Origin: an uncultured Pelagibacteraceae bacterium
Lineage (GTDB): Bacteria; Pseudomonadota; Alphaproteobacteria; Pelagibacterales; AG-422-B15
Assembly: GCA_902588785.1 (NCBI GenBank)
Contig: CACIQL010000004.1
Location: 9,726 to 73,725 of the forward strand
Direction of reading: 5' to 3'
DNA length: 64,000 bases
Shown here in pieces: positions 41,373-50,804 of the stretch; within the stretch, counting starts at the first letter, position 1; each line of letters begins with the position of its first letter. The translations under genes were made by a program, and so were the position numbers. The notes below the pieces were generated by a model. It was given only the letters and a program-made list of their open reading frames with translations. It did not search any database and had not been told where the DNA came from.

Positions 41373-42632
41373 CTATGCACTGGCTCCAGAGGCAGCAGCC
41401 TTCATCTGTCTTTCCTCGGGAGAGAGAACAGGCTCACTCAAGCTCTTAGGCAAAGGTTTGGTTTTTTCAATATAGCCAAGTAGAGGTAAAATAATTATAA
41501 AATGAGCAAAATAATACGCGGTAGCAATTCGTCCAATAATCAGAAATAGACCATCAGCAGTCTGAGCACCCAGATAACCAAGCAATATTACATTAGCAAA
41601 GAAAAGCCATACAAACTGTCTATAGAGAGGTCTGTATTTTGCTGACCTAACTTTTGAAGTATCCAGCCAAGGTAAGAATGCTAAAATAGCAATTGCAGAA
41701 ACCATTAAAATTACTCCGCCGAGTTTATCTGGTACAGATCTCAAGATTGCATAGAATGGAAGAAAATACCATTCTGGGACAATATGTTCCGGAGTTTGCA
41801 AAGGATTAGCTTCAATATAATTGTCAGTATGTCCAAGTAAATTAGGGACAAAGAAAACAAAGCCCGCGAATACAACTAAGAACACAACAAGTGCAAACAT
41901 ATCTTTTACAACGTAATGAGGATGGAAAGGAACTGTATCTTGAGAACCTTGAACAACATTAATACCCTCAGGATTATTATTACCAGGTACATGTAGTGCC
42001 CAAACATGAAGTATGACGAGGGCAAAAATCAGGAAAGGCATCAGGTAATGTAATGTGAAAAACCTAGTTAACAGTGGGCTACCAACAGCATAACCTCCCC
42101 ACAACCAGTTAGTTACTGACTCACCTACCAAAGGAATTGCACTGAATAAATTTGTTATAACTGTAGCTCCCCAGAAACTCATTTGGCCCCACGGAAGCAC
42201 ATACCCCATAAAGGCAGTAGCAATCATGAGTAAAAATATAAACACACCAATAATCCAGATTAATTCTCTTGGTTCTTTATATGAGCCGTAAAATAGCGAT
42301 CTTGCCATATGAATATATACCGCCATAAAAAATAGTGATGCACCGTTTGCATGTATGTATCTTAATAACCACCCATAATTAACATCTCTCATAATATGCT
42401 CTACACTTGCAAAAGCTAAGTCGGCGTCAGCAACATAGTGCATTGCTAGGACAAGTCCTGTGATTATTTGGGTAACAAGACAAAAAGTTAAAATTCCACC
42501 AAATGTCCACCAATAATTTAAATTTTTCGGCGTTGGATATGGAAGTAAATGTCCATAAATTAAGTTTAAAAGTGGTAGACGGTCATTAAACCATCTTCCA
42601 ACAGCTGATTTAGGTGCATAATTTTCGCTCAT
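41373..42632 (-). CDS. petB: Cytochrome b
   Basis: [32 protein letters not shown] and PEWY. Confidence 0.99.
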   Translation of the reverse strand: MSENYAPKSAVGRWFNDRLPLLNLIYGHLLPYPTPKNLNYWWTFGGILTFCLVTQIITGLVLAMHYVADADLAFASVEHIMRDVNYGWLLRYIHANGASLFFMAVYIHMARSLFYGSYKEPRELIWIIGVFIFLLMIATAFMGYVLPWGQMSFWGATVITNLFSAIPLVGESVTNWLWGGYAVGSPLLTRFFTLHYLMPFLIFALVILHVWALHVPGNNNPEGINVVQGSQDTVPFHPHYVVKDMFALVVFLVVFAGFVFFVPNLLGHTDNYIEANPLQTPEHIVPEWYFLPFYAILRSVPDKLGGVILMVSAIAILAFLPWLDTSKVRSAKYRPLYRQFVWLFFANVILLGYLGAQTADGLFLIIGRIATAYYFAHFIIILPLLGYIEKTKPLPKSLSEPVLSPEERQMKAAASGASA

Positions 42633-42638
42633 ACTTTT

Positions 42639-43148
42639 TTATCCAATTTTAATAGTAGTTTCGTTTAAGAATACATAATCCGGAATCTCAAGATTTGTAG
42701 GTGCAGGTCCCTTTCTTATCCTACCTGATGTATCATAATGAGAACCATGACATGGACAAAACCAACCATTATAATCACCTTTTTGTCCAAGCGGCACACA
42801 TCCAAGATGGGTACAAATTCCAACCATAACAAGCCATTCAGGATTTTGTGCTCGATCGCTATCTTCCTCTGGGTGCGGTAAATCAGCTAAATTCACTTTC
42901 TTTGCCTCATCAATTTCAGCCTGTGTTCGCCTTCTAATAAATACCGGTTTACCCCTCCACATCACAGTAATGCTTTGTCCAGGTATTATGGGCCTTAGAT
43001 CAATCTCAGTTGATGCTAACGCTTTAACTGATGCATCAGGGTTCATTTGGTCAACGAAAGGCCATGCTAATGAAGCGGCTCCCGCAGCTGCAAATGCACC
43101 TGTAGTGACATAAAGAAAATTTCTTCTTGTAACTTGTTTTTCTGACAA
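42639..43148 (-). CDS. petA: Rieske iron-sulfur protein of the bc1 complex
   Basis: Tat motif RRNFL; CTHLGC and CPCHGS. Confidence 0.99.
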   Translation of the reverse strand: MSEKQVTRRNFLYVTTGAFAAAGAASLAWPFVDQMNPDASVKALASTEIDLRPIIPGQSITVMWRGKPVFIRRRTQAEIDEAKKVNLADLPHPEEDSDRAQNPEWLVMVGICTHLGCVPLGQKGDYNGWFCPCHGSHYDTSGRIRKGPAPTNLEIPDYVFLNETTIKIG

Positions 43149-43231
43149 CTTAATATCCTTGAGTTATATTGTTAATATACTTGTAAATCGTCGTTTTTTA
43201 AGGGAAAAAGGCAATCTAAAGTGCTAAAAAT

Positions 43232-43248
43232 TGTGTCATGATGACGCA
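43232..43248. promoter_or_regulatory. RegA/PrrA-like palindromic operator upstream of petABC
   Basis: TGTGTCATGATGACGCA, i.e. GTGTC-N5-GACGC, one mismatch to GCGNC-N5-GNCGC. Confidence 0.5.
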
Positions 43249-43284
43249 TATATTAGGATTAAAAACTTATAAAATATCAATTAG

Positions 43285-43728
43285 ATGAACTTAGCAATTT
43301 TTGAACCTGATATACCTCAAAATACTGGAGCAATGGTGAGGATTTGCTCTTGTTTCGGCGTCAATATTGATATCATTCATCCAGCCTCATTTGCAATGTC
43401 GGAAAAATCTCTAAGCAGAGTTGCAATGGACTATGGTAGAAATATTAATTTAACAGAGTTTGACGATTGGAAGCACTACGAGAAAAATAGAAAAGGAAGA
43501 AAAATACTGTTGTCTACAAAAGGAAAACTTAGTCACTATGATTTTGAGTTTAAGGGTAATGATAATTTAATTGTTGGAAGAGAAAGTGCGGGAGTACCAG
43601 ATTACGTTCACAAACAATCTGACCAAATAATAAGAATACCAATGAACAGTTCCGCAAGATCTTTAAATGTTGCCGTGTCTTCAGCTATAGTTATTTCTGA
43701 GGCAAACAGACAGCTAAAACTATTTTGA
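43285..43728 (+). CDS. trmL: tRNA (cytidine/uridine-34 2'-O)-methyltransferase (SPOUT)
   Basis: PDIPQNTG, GRESAGVP and RIPM...RSLNVA. Confidence 0.95.
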   Translation: MNLAIFEPDIPQNTGAMVRICSCFGVNIDIIHPASFAMSEKSLSRVAMDYGRNINLTEFDDWKHYEKNRKGRKILLSTKGKLSHYDFEFKGNDNLIVGRESAGVPDYVHKQSDQIIRIPMNSSARSLNVAVSSAIVISEANRQLKLF

Positions 43729-43729
43729 A

Positions 43730-44533
43730 ATGTTAAATAAAAAAAAGATAACTAAAGCATGGTTCAAGGGATTGCAGGATCTAATCTGTGAGACTGTACT
43801 TGAACTCGAAAAAAAAAATGGATCAAAAGCAAGGTTCAAAACTAATAAATGGAAAAAAGGTGAATATAGAATAATTAATGGAAATGTAATCGAAAAAGGC
43901 GGTATAGCATTTTCAAATGTAACAGGTACCTTTCCAAAAGAATTTGCAAAACAAATTCCAGGAACTGAAAAGAATAAAAAATTTTGGTCCACAGGAGTAT
44001 CTGTAGTGCTTCACCCAGCAAATCCAAAGGTACCTGCATTACATTTCAATACTCGGCACATAATAACGGGTAAAAATTGGTTTGGTGGCGGTATTGACGC
44101 CACTCCATGTTTTAAAGACGCTAAATTAAAGAAACAATTTCATAATAAATTAAAAACAATGTGTGAAAATCATAATAAATCTTATTACAAAAATTATAAA
44201 AAATGGTGTGATGAATATTTCTATTTACCCCACAGAAAAGAAATAAGAGGAATTGGCGGAATATTTTTTGACTATAAAATGGATGATTGGAAAAAAGATT
44301 TTGATTTTGTTAAGGACGTTGGCTTAACTTTTAATGATATTGTAAGAGAAATAATAAGCCAAAAAATGAATGAAAAGTTCACAAAAAAAGATAAAGAAAT
44401 TCAGTTATTGAAACGTGGGAGGTACGTGGAATATAATCTTTTATACGATCGAGGAACAAAATTTGGCTTAAACACCGGTGGTAATATTGATGCAATTTTA
44501 ATGTCAATGCCTCCTAATGCTAAATGGAAATAA
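43730..44533 (+). CDS. hemF: Oxygen-dependent coproporphyrinogen III oxidase
   Basis: [34 protein letters not shown] and [15 protein letters not shown]. Confidence 0.97.
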   Translation: MLNKKKITKAWFKGLQDLICETVLELEKKNGSKARFKTNKWKKGEYRIINGNVIEKGGIAFSNVTGTFPKEFAKQIPGTEKNKKFWSTGVSVVLHPANPKVPALHFNTRHIITGKNWFGGGIDATPCFKDAKLKKQFHNKLKTMCENHNKSYYKNYKKWCDEYFYLPHRKEIRGIGGIFFDYKMDDWKKDFDFVKDVGLTFNDIVREIISQKMNEKFTKKDKEIQLLKRGRYVEYNLLYDRGTKFGLNTGGNIDAILMSMPPNAKWK

Positions 44534-45015
44534 AAATGGAAACTGAACCAATTACATCAAATGGCGCAAAAAAACTTCAAGATGAATTAAGCGATTTGAT
44601 AAATAATAAAAGGCAAAAAGTAATTCAAGCCATTGCGGAGGCGAGAGAGCACGGCGATTTAAAGGAAAACGCAGAGTACCATGCGGCAAAAGAGGAGCAA
44701 GGTCACATTGAGGGTCGTATTCAGGAAATTCAATTACTATTAGCTAATGCAGAAATCATTGATATTTCAAATATTCCTAAAAATCAAAAAACTGTAGTCT
44801 TTGGTGCAACTGTTGAAGTTGAAGATATTGATAATGATACAAAGACAAAGTTTCAAATTGTTGGTGATGATGAAGCAGATATTGAATCGGGTCTGCTATC
44901 TTACAGATCACCTGTTGCTAAAGCATTAATTGGAAAAGAAAAAGGCGATTTCGTATCAGTTTCAACGCCAAAAGGAGAGAAAAACTACGAGATTAAGAAA
45001 ATTTTATATAAATAA
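44524..45015 (+). CDS. greA: Transcription elongation factor GreA
   Basis: [22 protein letters not shown] and [10 protein letters not shown]. Confidence 0.98.
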   Translation: MEIKMETEPITSNGAKKLQDELSDLINNKRQKVIQAIAEAREHGDLKENAEYHAAKEEQGHIEGRIQEIQLLLANAEIIDISNIPKNQKTVVFGATVEVEDIDNDTKTKFQIVGDDEADIESGLLSYRSPVAKALIGKEKGDFVSVSTPKGEKNYEIKKILYK

Positions 45016-45021
45016 AAAAAA

Positions 45022-46254
45022 TTATTTTTTTGATTGAACGATTGCTTTAAGCCTCTCAATTAATGAAAACTTATCGTCAATAAAATCATTTTCTGCCCAC
45101 CAGTCTTCAACCTCTTTTAAGATGTCTCCAACCATTGGGCCTTGAGATATTCCCATGTTTATTACATCTTTGGCTGTTAGAGCAAAAGATGGCTTCTCCC
45201 AGCTTTGAGCAACTTCATATAGAGATCTCCAATTTACTTCATTTTTATTATTTGTATCCTTAGCCCAATTAACAAGTATTTGTTTTTGAAAACCGTCACG
45301 ACCTAATAGATAAAGTAAATATCTAACTTCTTTCATTGACATGTAAGAAACGATTTTTTTATTCAGTGTGCTTAATTTCAATAAGTCAGTAGAGTCTGAT
45401 TTTGATAAAGGTAATTTTTTTATGATAGTATTCGCTTTATCCAACGAGTTTTCAATTAGAGTACTTAATCTCAATATTGGATCAATTGAAAGGGATATTC
45501 TACTTTCTATTTCAATTAAATTTACAAATGCATCATTTATGCTAGTGCCATCAAAATAAACATCAAGCAAACCTATTTCACTCATTGCAGATATTGCATG
45601 ATTTGGAGCATTTAGACTTAGAATTGACTTTAGTTCATTCCATTGCCTTTCCTTAGAAACAACTGATAACTTATCAAGATTTGCTTTTATTGTTTTCATC
45701 ACCTCTGCGTCAGGAGATATATCGCCAAATAATGCTAAAAAACGAAAATACCTTAGTATTCTAAGGTAATCTTCTTTTATTCTTTCATCTGGATTTCCAA
45801 TGAAACGAACGACTCTGTTTTCTAAATCTGTTTTACCATCTTTAGGGTCTATTAAATTTCCACCCTTATCTAAATACATTGCATTTATGGTAAAATCTCT
45901 TCTTAAAGCATCTTCCTCTAAACTATTTGAGAATGAGACTTGAGCATGTCTTCCATCAGTAAAAATATCGTTTCTAAAAGTTGTAATTTCAAACTTTCTT
46001 TCATTAATTATTGCTGTAACCGTTCCATGATCTATTCCTACATCAATAAATTTAATATTTTCTTTATTGAGTATTTCGGTAATGGTCTTTGGCTTCAAAG
46101 AAGTAGCAAAATCAATATCTGTGATTTCCCTATTTAAAAGTGCGTCTCTGATAGAGCCCCCTACAACATAAATACTATTTTTTTGATAGGTTTCAAAAAG
46201 ATCAAAAACTTGCGCAACATCGTTTTGTTCTAGGATTGATGAAAATCTACTCAT
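45022..46254 (-). CDS. cca: CCA-adding tRNA nucleotidyltransferase
   Basis: VGGSIRD, DIDFAT, RRDFTINAM and EDYLRILRYFRF. Confidence 0.93.
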   Translation of the reverse strand: MSRFSSILEQNDVAQVFDLFETYQKNSIYVVGGSIRDALLNREITDIDFATSLKPKTITEILNKENIKFIDVGIDHGTVTAIINERKFEITTFRNDIFTDGRHAQVSFSNSLEEDALRRDFTINAMYLDKGGNLIDPKDGKTDLENRVVRFIGNPDERIKEDYLRILRYFRFLALFGDISPDAEVMKTIKANLDKLSVVSKERQWNELKSILSLNAPNHAISAMSEIGLLDVYFDGTSINDAFVNLIEIESRISLSIDPILRLSTLIENSLDKANTIIKKLPLSKSDSTDLLKLSTLNKKIVSYMSMKEVRYLLYLLGRDGFQKQILVNWAKDTNNKNEVNWRSLYEVAQSWEKPSFALTAKDVINMGISQGPMVGDILKEVEDWWAENDFIDDKFSLIERLKAIVQSKK

Positions 46255-46271
46255 AAGACAGATTATTTATA

Positions 46272-46910
46272 TTATTTTAGAATTTGATAAAGATTAATCA
46301 ACATTCCAGCAGTTGCTCCCCAGATATTGTAATCTTTATAAGGTAAAACGTAATAGTCATATTCATATTTTTTATTGTTTACCTCATATGTGGCACTTTC
46401 TTTCTTATGATTGTTTGAGTCCATTAAGAATTCTAAGGGGAGAAAAAATATTTCATCCACTTCATTTTGATTTGCCTTTAAATAGGAGTAATCAGATACT
46501 ATAGATACAATTGGCATGATCCTAAATCCTGTGCCAGTTATATATACATCAAGATTTCCTAACACATTTACATCATCAGACCTTAAACCAACTTCTTCGT
46601 TAGCCTCTCGTAAAGCAGTTTCTATTGGAGACATGTCATTTTTTTCAATTTTACCTCCAGGAAAACTAATTTGTCCTGCATGATCTTTTAAATTATCCAG
46701 TCTTTTAGTTAATAATATTTTTACTTCATTATTTGAATAACATATGGGTACAAGTACAGCTGATGGATTTAGTTTAGCTTTATCTTTTTCAGCTTTTGCC
46801 AGAGGGTGATGATGTCTTGTTAAAAAATCATTCGTAAGTATTTCAAAATACTCATGAGATATCTTCTCTGGACCATCAAATAAACCCCTCAATTTATCTA
46901 AAGGCATCAT
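46272..46910 (-). CDS. NUDIX CoA pyrophosphatase (NudL-like)
   Basis: LTKR...HAGQISFPGG, ALREANEEVG and IWGATA. Confidence 0.93.
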   Translation of the reverse strand: MMPLDKLRGLFDGPEKISHEYFEILTNDFLTRHHHPLAKAEKDKAKLNPSAVLVPICYSNNEVKILLTKRLDNLKDHAGQISFPGGKIEKNDMSPIETALREANEEVGLRSDDVNVLGNLDVYITGTGFRIMPIVSIVSDYSYLKANQNEVDEIFFLPLEFLMDSNNHKKESATYEVNNKKYEYDYYVLPYKDYNIWGATAGMLINLYQILK

Positions 46911-47488
46911 TCTTTTTCAACTTCATGAATGTTGAAACAATCACCCATACTTTCTATAACTAAGCATTTTTTATCATCAACTATCTTCTCCTCTGCAAGA
47001 TCCACTAATTCATAAAAAACTGATCTAGATAAAAGTGCATGGAGATTTTTTCTGATCAGGATATAAGGTGACGGTTCTGAATTTTCTCCAATTTTAATTG
47101 TTAATGGATTCTCTTTAGAGAGAAGAATTTCTTCATTGAGATTTGTTTTAAATAGATAACCAGTTTTACTACTTATCTTAACTTTATCAAGGGACACAGC
47201 AACAAACGGTGCATCTTCAACCTGAATTCTAACTTTCTCAACGGGTGTAACTAAGTAGTAGCATGCATCTTCATCTAATCTTAATATGCTTGAGAAAAGT
47301 TTAACCATCGCAGGTCTTTTTATTTCAGAGCCCATGTAAAACCATTTTCCATTTCTTAAAATCTTCATGTCAATATCACCACAAAATGGAGGGTTCCATT
47401 TTTCTACAGGCGGCAGTGATTGCTTATTTTTTTTGCTGAAACTATAAATTGTTTCTAGTCCTTTTAAATTTACTGGATTATCGTTCAT
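46907..47488 (-). CDS. DUF1285 domain protein
   Basis: PPVEKWNPPFCGDIDM, LVTPVEK and VEDAPF; usual partner of NudL and cca. Confidence 0.9.
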   Translation of the reverse strand: MNDNPVNLKGLETIYSFSKKNKQSLPPVEKWNPPFCGDIDMKILRNGKWFYMGSEIKRPAMVKLFSSILRLDEDACYYLVTPVEKVRIQVEDAPFVAVSLDKVKISSKTGYLFKTNLNEEILLSKENPLTIKIGENSEPSPYILIRKNLHALLSRSVFYELVDLAEEKIVDDKKCLVIESMGDCFNIHEVEKE

Positions 47489-47604
47489 GCTTCACTTAAA
47501 TTTATAATTAATGGATTTATCAATATTTTTCATTATAAAACTTCAATAATCTTTTTAATTAGATAATATTCTCAAGATATAATTAATAATTTTGGAGGTA
47601 TACT

Positions 47605-48060
47605 ATGCAAAGTGTGGATGTAAAGGATTTAGAAAATTATAAAGGTAAAGATATGGGGCATTCAGATTGGATGTCAATTGATCAAAATAGAATAAATTTA
47701 TTCGCCGATGCAACTGATGATCATCAGTGGATTCATGTTAATGAAGAAAAAGCCCAAAAAGAACTTCCTACTAAAAGCACAATTGCACATGGTTTCTTAA
47801 GCCTTTCTCTATCAGTACCGTTGGCTGGTAAAATCTGGACAGTTACAGGGGCCAAAATGATGATTAATTATGGCTTAAATAAAGTAAGATTTATTAATAT
47901 GGTTCCAGTTAATTCCCGTGTGAGAATGGGAATAAAAATTAAAGAAGTAAACAAATTGGATAACGGTGGAACGCAGGTCATCAGTGAGGCTACTCTCGAA
48001 ATTGAAGGACAAGACAAACCAGCGTATGTTGCAGAACAAATCATGGTAGCATTTCCTTAA
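47605..48060 (+). CDS. MaoC-like (R)-enoyl-CoA hydratase
   Basis: FADATDDHQWIH, TIAHGFLSLSL and NYGLNKVRF. Confidence 0.93.
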   Translation: MQSVDVKDLENYKGKDMGHSDWMSIDQNRINLFADATDDHQWIHVNEEKAQKELPTKSTIAHGFLSLSLSVPLAGKIWTVTGAKMMINYGLNKVRFINMVPVNSRVRMGIKIKEVNKLDNGGTQVISEATLEIEGQDKPAYVAEQIMVAFP

Positions 48061-48062
48061 AA

Positions 48063-48905
48063 ATGAGTGATAAATCATTTCCTGATCCAGATGCAAGTTC
48101 AATTGATTTAAACACTGAGATAATTAAGCTTTTAACCTGGAACGTATGGTGGAAATTTGAGAACTATAAGGAACGAGAAAATCTAATTATTTCTGAAATC
48201 AATAATTCTTGTCCAGATATTTTGTGTCTACAAGAAGTGTGGGAAGAAACTGATGAAAGTCAGGCTAAAATAATCGCAGATCAACTTGGGTATAACTATA
48301 TCTTTGAAAAATCATTTGAATTTGATGGTGTTGCGTTTGGAAATGCAATCATTACTAAATTCCCAATCAATTCGCACCATACTGTAATGTTTGAGACTGA
48401 AGCAGAGAAAGATGAAAAAAGATTTTTGCTTCATCTCTCATTAAAATATAAAAGTGAGACGATTAACGTTATTTGCACTCACCTTAATTATAAATATGAA
48501 CATCAGCAAGTAAGAGAAGGTCAAGTAAATCAAATAATAGAATACATTAGTAAATTAGAACAATCAAAATTCCCTATAATTTTGTGTGGAGATTTCAATG
48601 CGGATCCAGAAAGTGATGAAATTAGAAAGATTACTGGTTTAACTCAGCCAGTAAACGATATCGTTTTAAGAGATGTATGGAAATTAACAAATAGAGATGA
48701 TCCTGGTTACACTTGGTCAAACAGCAATGATTGGGCAAAAAAAACTTTAGAATATAATCGACGAATTGATTATATATTTTTAGGTAAACCTGGACCTAAT
48801 GGTCTGGGTCATCCAATTGAGTGCAACCTTGTCGGCACAGAAAAAAATAAATTTTTTCCAAGTGATCACTTTGGATTACTGGCTCATTTGGTCGGTATGA
48901 ACTGA
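48063..48905 (+). CDS. Endonuclease/exonuclease/phosphatase (EEP) family protein
   Basis: TWNV, LQE, THL, GDFN, RIDYIF and SDH. Confidence 0.92.
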   Translation: MSDKSFPDPDASSIDLNTEIIKLLTWNVWWKFENYKERENLIISEINNSCPDILCLQEVWEETDESQAKIIADQLGYNYIFEKSFEFDGVAFGNAIITKFPINSHHTVMFETEAEKDEKRFLLHLSLKYKSETINVICTHLNYKYEHQQVREGQVNQIIEYISKLEQSKFPIILCGDFNADPESDEIRKITGLTQPVNDIVLRDVWKLTNRDDPGYTWSNSNDWAKKTLEYNRRIDYIFLGKPGPNGLGHPIECNLVGTEKNKFFPSDHFGLLAHLVGMN

Positions 48906-49279
48906 TGAGTATTTTGTTATCCATTTTTTTAGGTGGAGGCGTCGGAGCTTTATTGCGTTTTCTTATAAGTGAACAGACTAATCGATTATTTTTAAGTTCA
49001 TTTCCATTTGGAACAATAGTTGTCAATGTTCTTGGGGCATTTTTGATGGGATTGGTCGTTAGTTATTTTGCAGACAAAGTTAATGTATCTCAAAATATAA
49101 AAATGTTTTTAACTATTGGTTTCCTCGGAGGTTTCACGACCTTTTCAACTTTTAATTTGGATTTTTATCAATTATTCAGCAACGGAGAAATTTTAGCCTC
49201 ACTTTTATATCTGTTTGTGACATTCACATTTACGGTTATAGCCTTTTATATTGGGTTAAGTTTATTCAAATTTCTTTAA
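48905..49279 (+). CDS. crcB: Fluoride channel Fluc/CrcB
   Basis: GGGVGALLR, PFGTIVVN and GFLGGFTTFSTF. Confidence 0.97.
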   Translation: MSILLSIFLGGGVGALLRFLISEQTNRLFLSSFPFGTIVVNVLGAFLMGLVVSYFADKVNVSQNIKMFLTIGFLGGFTTFSTFNLDFYQLFSNGEILASLLYLFVTFTFTVIAFYIGLSLFKFL

Positions 49280-49280
49280 A

Positions 49281-49832
49281 TTATTTATTACGTCTTCTTA
49301 ACATAAATTCAGCAAGCCCATCGTAACCTTTCTCAATCATCATTTTCGCTGATGCAACATTTTGAACTTGATCAAGAGGCTTTATTTGATGAGCAACAAC
49401 TGTGGTATTCATAAATTGTGCAGCAGAACAAATAGAGATAATTTCGGATATAACTTTTTCATCAAAGCCATATTCTAATATAGCAGTTACATCTTCTTCA
49501 GTAATTGAGCGAATGTCTTCATTTACTTTGTGAGATAATTTTAGAATTGGCTTATACTTAGCTTCTATTTGTGATTGTTCAATATCATTCATAAAATCTA
49601 GGTCATTCTTGTCACTTAAAATTTTCTTTGATATTTCAACGTGAATATTCTTGCAGTACCCGCAGCCGTTTAATCCTGAGACATAGGCGAATATCATCTC
49701 TTTAATATGCGTTGGTAATAGTGTTTCTTGTCTCATTAGAGACTCTAAATAAGCCACATAATGTTTCTGATAGCCCCAGTTATCTAAAAAGACATCATAT
49801 ACTGATTTATACTTACTTAAAAAATTACTCAT
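49281..49832 (-). CDS. AhpD-like / carboxymuconolactone decarboxylase family peroxidase-related protein
   Basis: EMIFAYVSGLNGCGYCKNIH (CxYC...H motif). Confidence 0.85.
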   Translation of the reverse strand: MSNFLSKYKSVYDVFLDNWGYQKHYVAYLESLMRQETLLPTHIKEMIFAYVSGLNGCGYCKNIHVEISKKILSDKNDLDFMNDIEQSQIEAKYKPILKLSHKVNEDIRSITEEDVTAILEYGFDEKVISEIISICSAAQFMNTTVVAHQIKPLDQVQNVASAKMMIEKGYDGLAEFMLRRRNK

Positions 49833-49847
49833 ATTTTTAATCCTAAT

Positions 49848-49922
49848 TGGCTGGGGCGGGAGGATTCGAACCTCCGAATGCCGCTACCAAAAAGCGGTGC
49901 CTTACCGCTTGGCCACGCCCCA
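49848..49922 (-). tRNA. tRNA-Gln (TTG)
   Basis: TGGGGCGTGGCCAAGCGGTAAGGCACCGCTTTTTGGTAGCGGCATTCGGAGGTTCGAATCCTCCCGCCCCAGCCA. Confidence 0.97.
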
Positions 49923-49965
49923 ACGCTATATAATTATTTAATTTAAGAAAAAGATTTTGCAATCT

Positions 49966-50799
49966 TTATATTAACCTCGTTAAATATGTCCACCAAATGG
50001 GGTGTTCTTCAGATATCCTCTGTATTGCTTCCTCCGCCTTTTGTTTATCTTCATAAACAGTAAAATATGCAGAGCCACTTCCTGTCATTCGTTCATACTT
50101 ACAATTTATATCATTATTTAAATATTCTCTTATTTTTTTCATTTCTTGATTAGCAAGAAGTGCAGTTTTTTCTAATTCATTTGATGTATCTTTTAAAATT
50201 CCATCTAAGTTAGTATCTTTATTGTATGAGAATTTTTCTCCGCTTAAATTAGAATGTTTATTAAAAATTTCCTTAGTACTATTTTGAACATTTGGAAATA
50301 CAATTAGAAAATGCTTATCCGAATTGATTTTTAACCTTTGATCAACATTCCCTTTTCCAGAAATCAGTGCAGATCCCTCGTCAATAAAAAATTCAATGTC
50401 TGACCCAAGATCTCTTGCAATTTCAGTTGAGCTTGAATTATCTAACAAATTGGATCTTATTAAATATTTAATTATTTCTGCGACATTTGATGAACCGCCA
50501 CCTAAACCCGATCCCACTGGTATATTTTTTACAACATGAATAGCAAATGATTTCTGCTTTAAATAATTCTTATCAATTAAATAATTAAATAATTTAGAAA
50601 CATGATCATTGGATCCCACTTGGTCTCCAAAAGGGCCATTATATGAGATACTAAATGACCTTTCATCTTTTATTCTAATCTCGTCATAAAGATCAATCCT
50701 TGATAACACTGAGTTTAATTCGTGAAAACCAGTATCAAGTTTTTTTAATACATTTAAGAAAAGATTTATTTTAGCGTAGGATTTTATGGTATTCAACAA
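49966..50799 (-). CDS. ispE: 4-diphosphocytidyl-2-C-methyl-D-erythritol kinase
   Basis: AKINLFL, KNIPVGSGLGGGSS, LGSD and MTGSGS. Confidence 0.96.
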   Translation of the reverse strand: MLNTIKSYAKINLFLNVLKKLDTGFHELNSVLSRIDLYDEIRIKDERSFSISYNGPFGDQVGSNDHVSKLFNYLIDKNYLKQKSFAIHVVKNIPVGSGLGGGSSNVAEIIKYLIRSNLLDNSSSTEIARDLGSDIEFFIDEGSALISGKGNVDQRLKINSDKHFLIVFPNVQNSTKEIFNKHSNLSGEKFSYNKDTNLDGILKDTSNELEKTALLANQEMKKIREYLNNDINCKYERMTGSGSAYFTVYEDKQKAEEAIQRISEEHPIWWTYLTRLI

Positions 50800-50804
50800 C
50801 TTAC

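Noticed and set aside
47821-47828. TTGGCTGG matching the tRNA-Gln 3' end as a possible att repeat
   Set aside because: Only 8 bp and inside the MaoC coding sequence, so consistent with chance.
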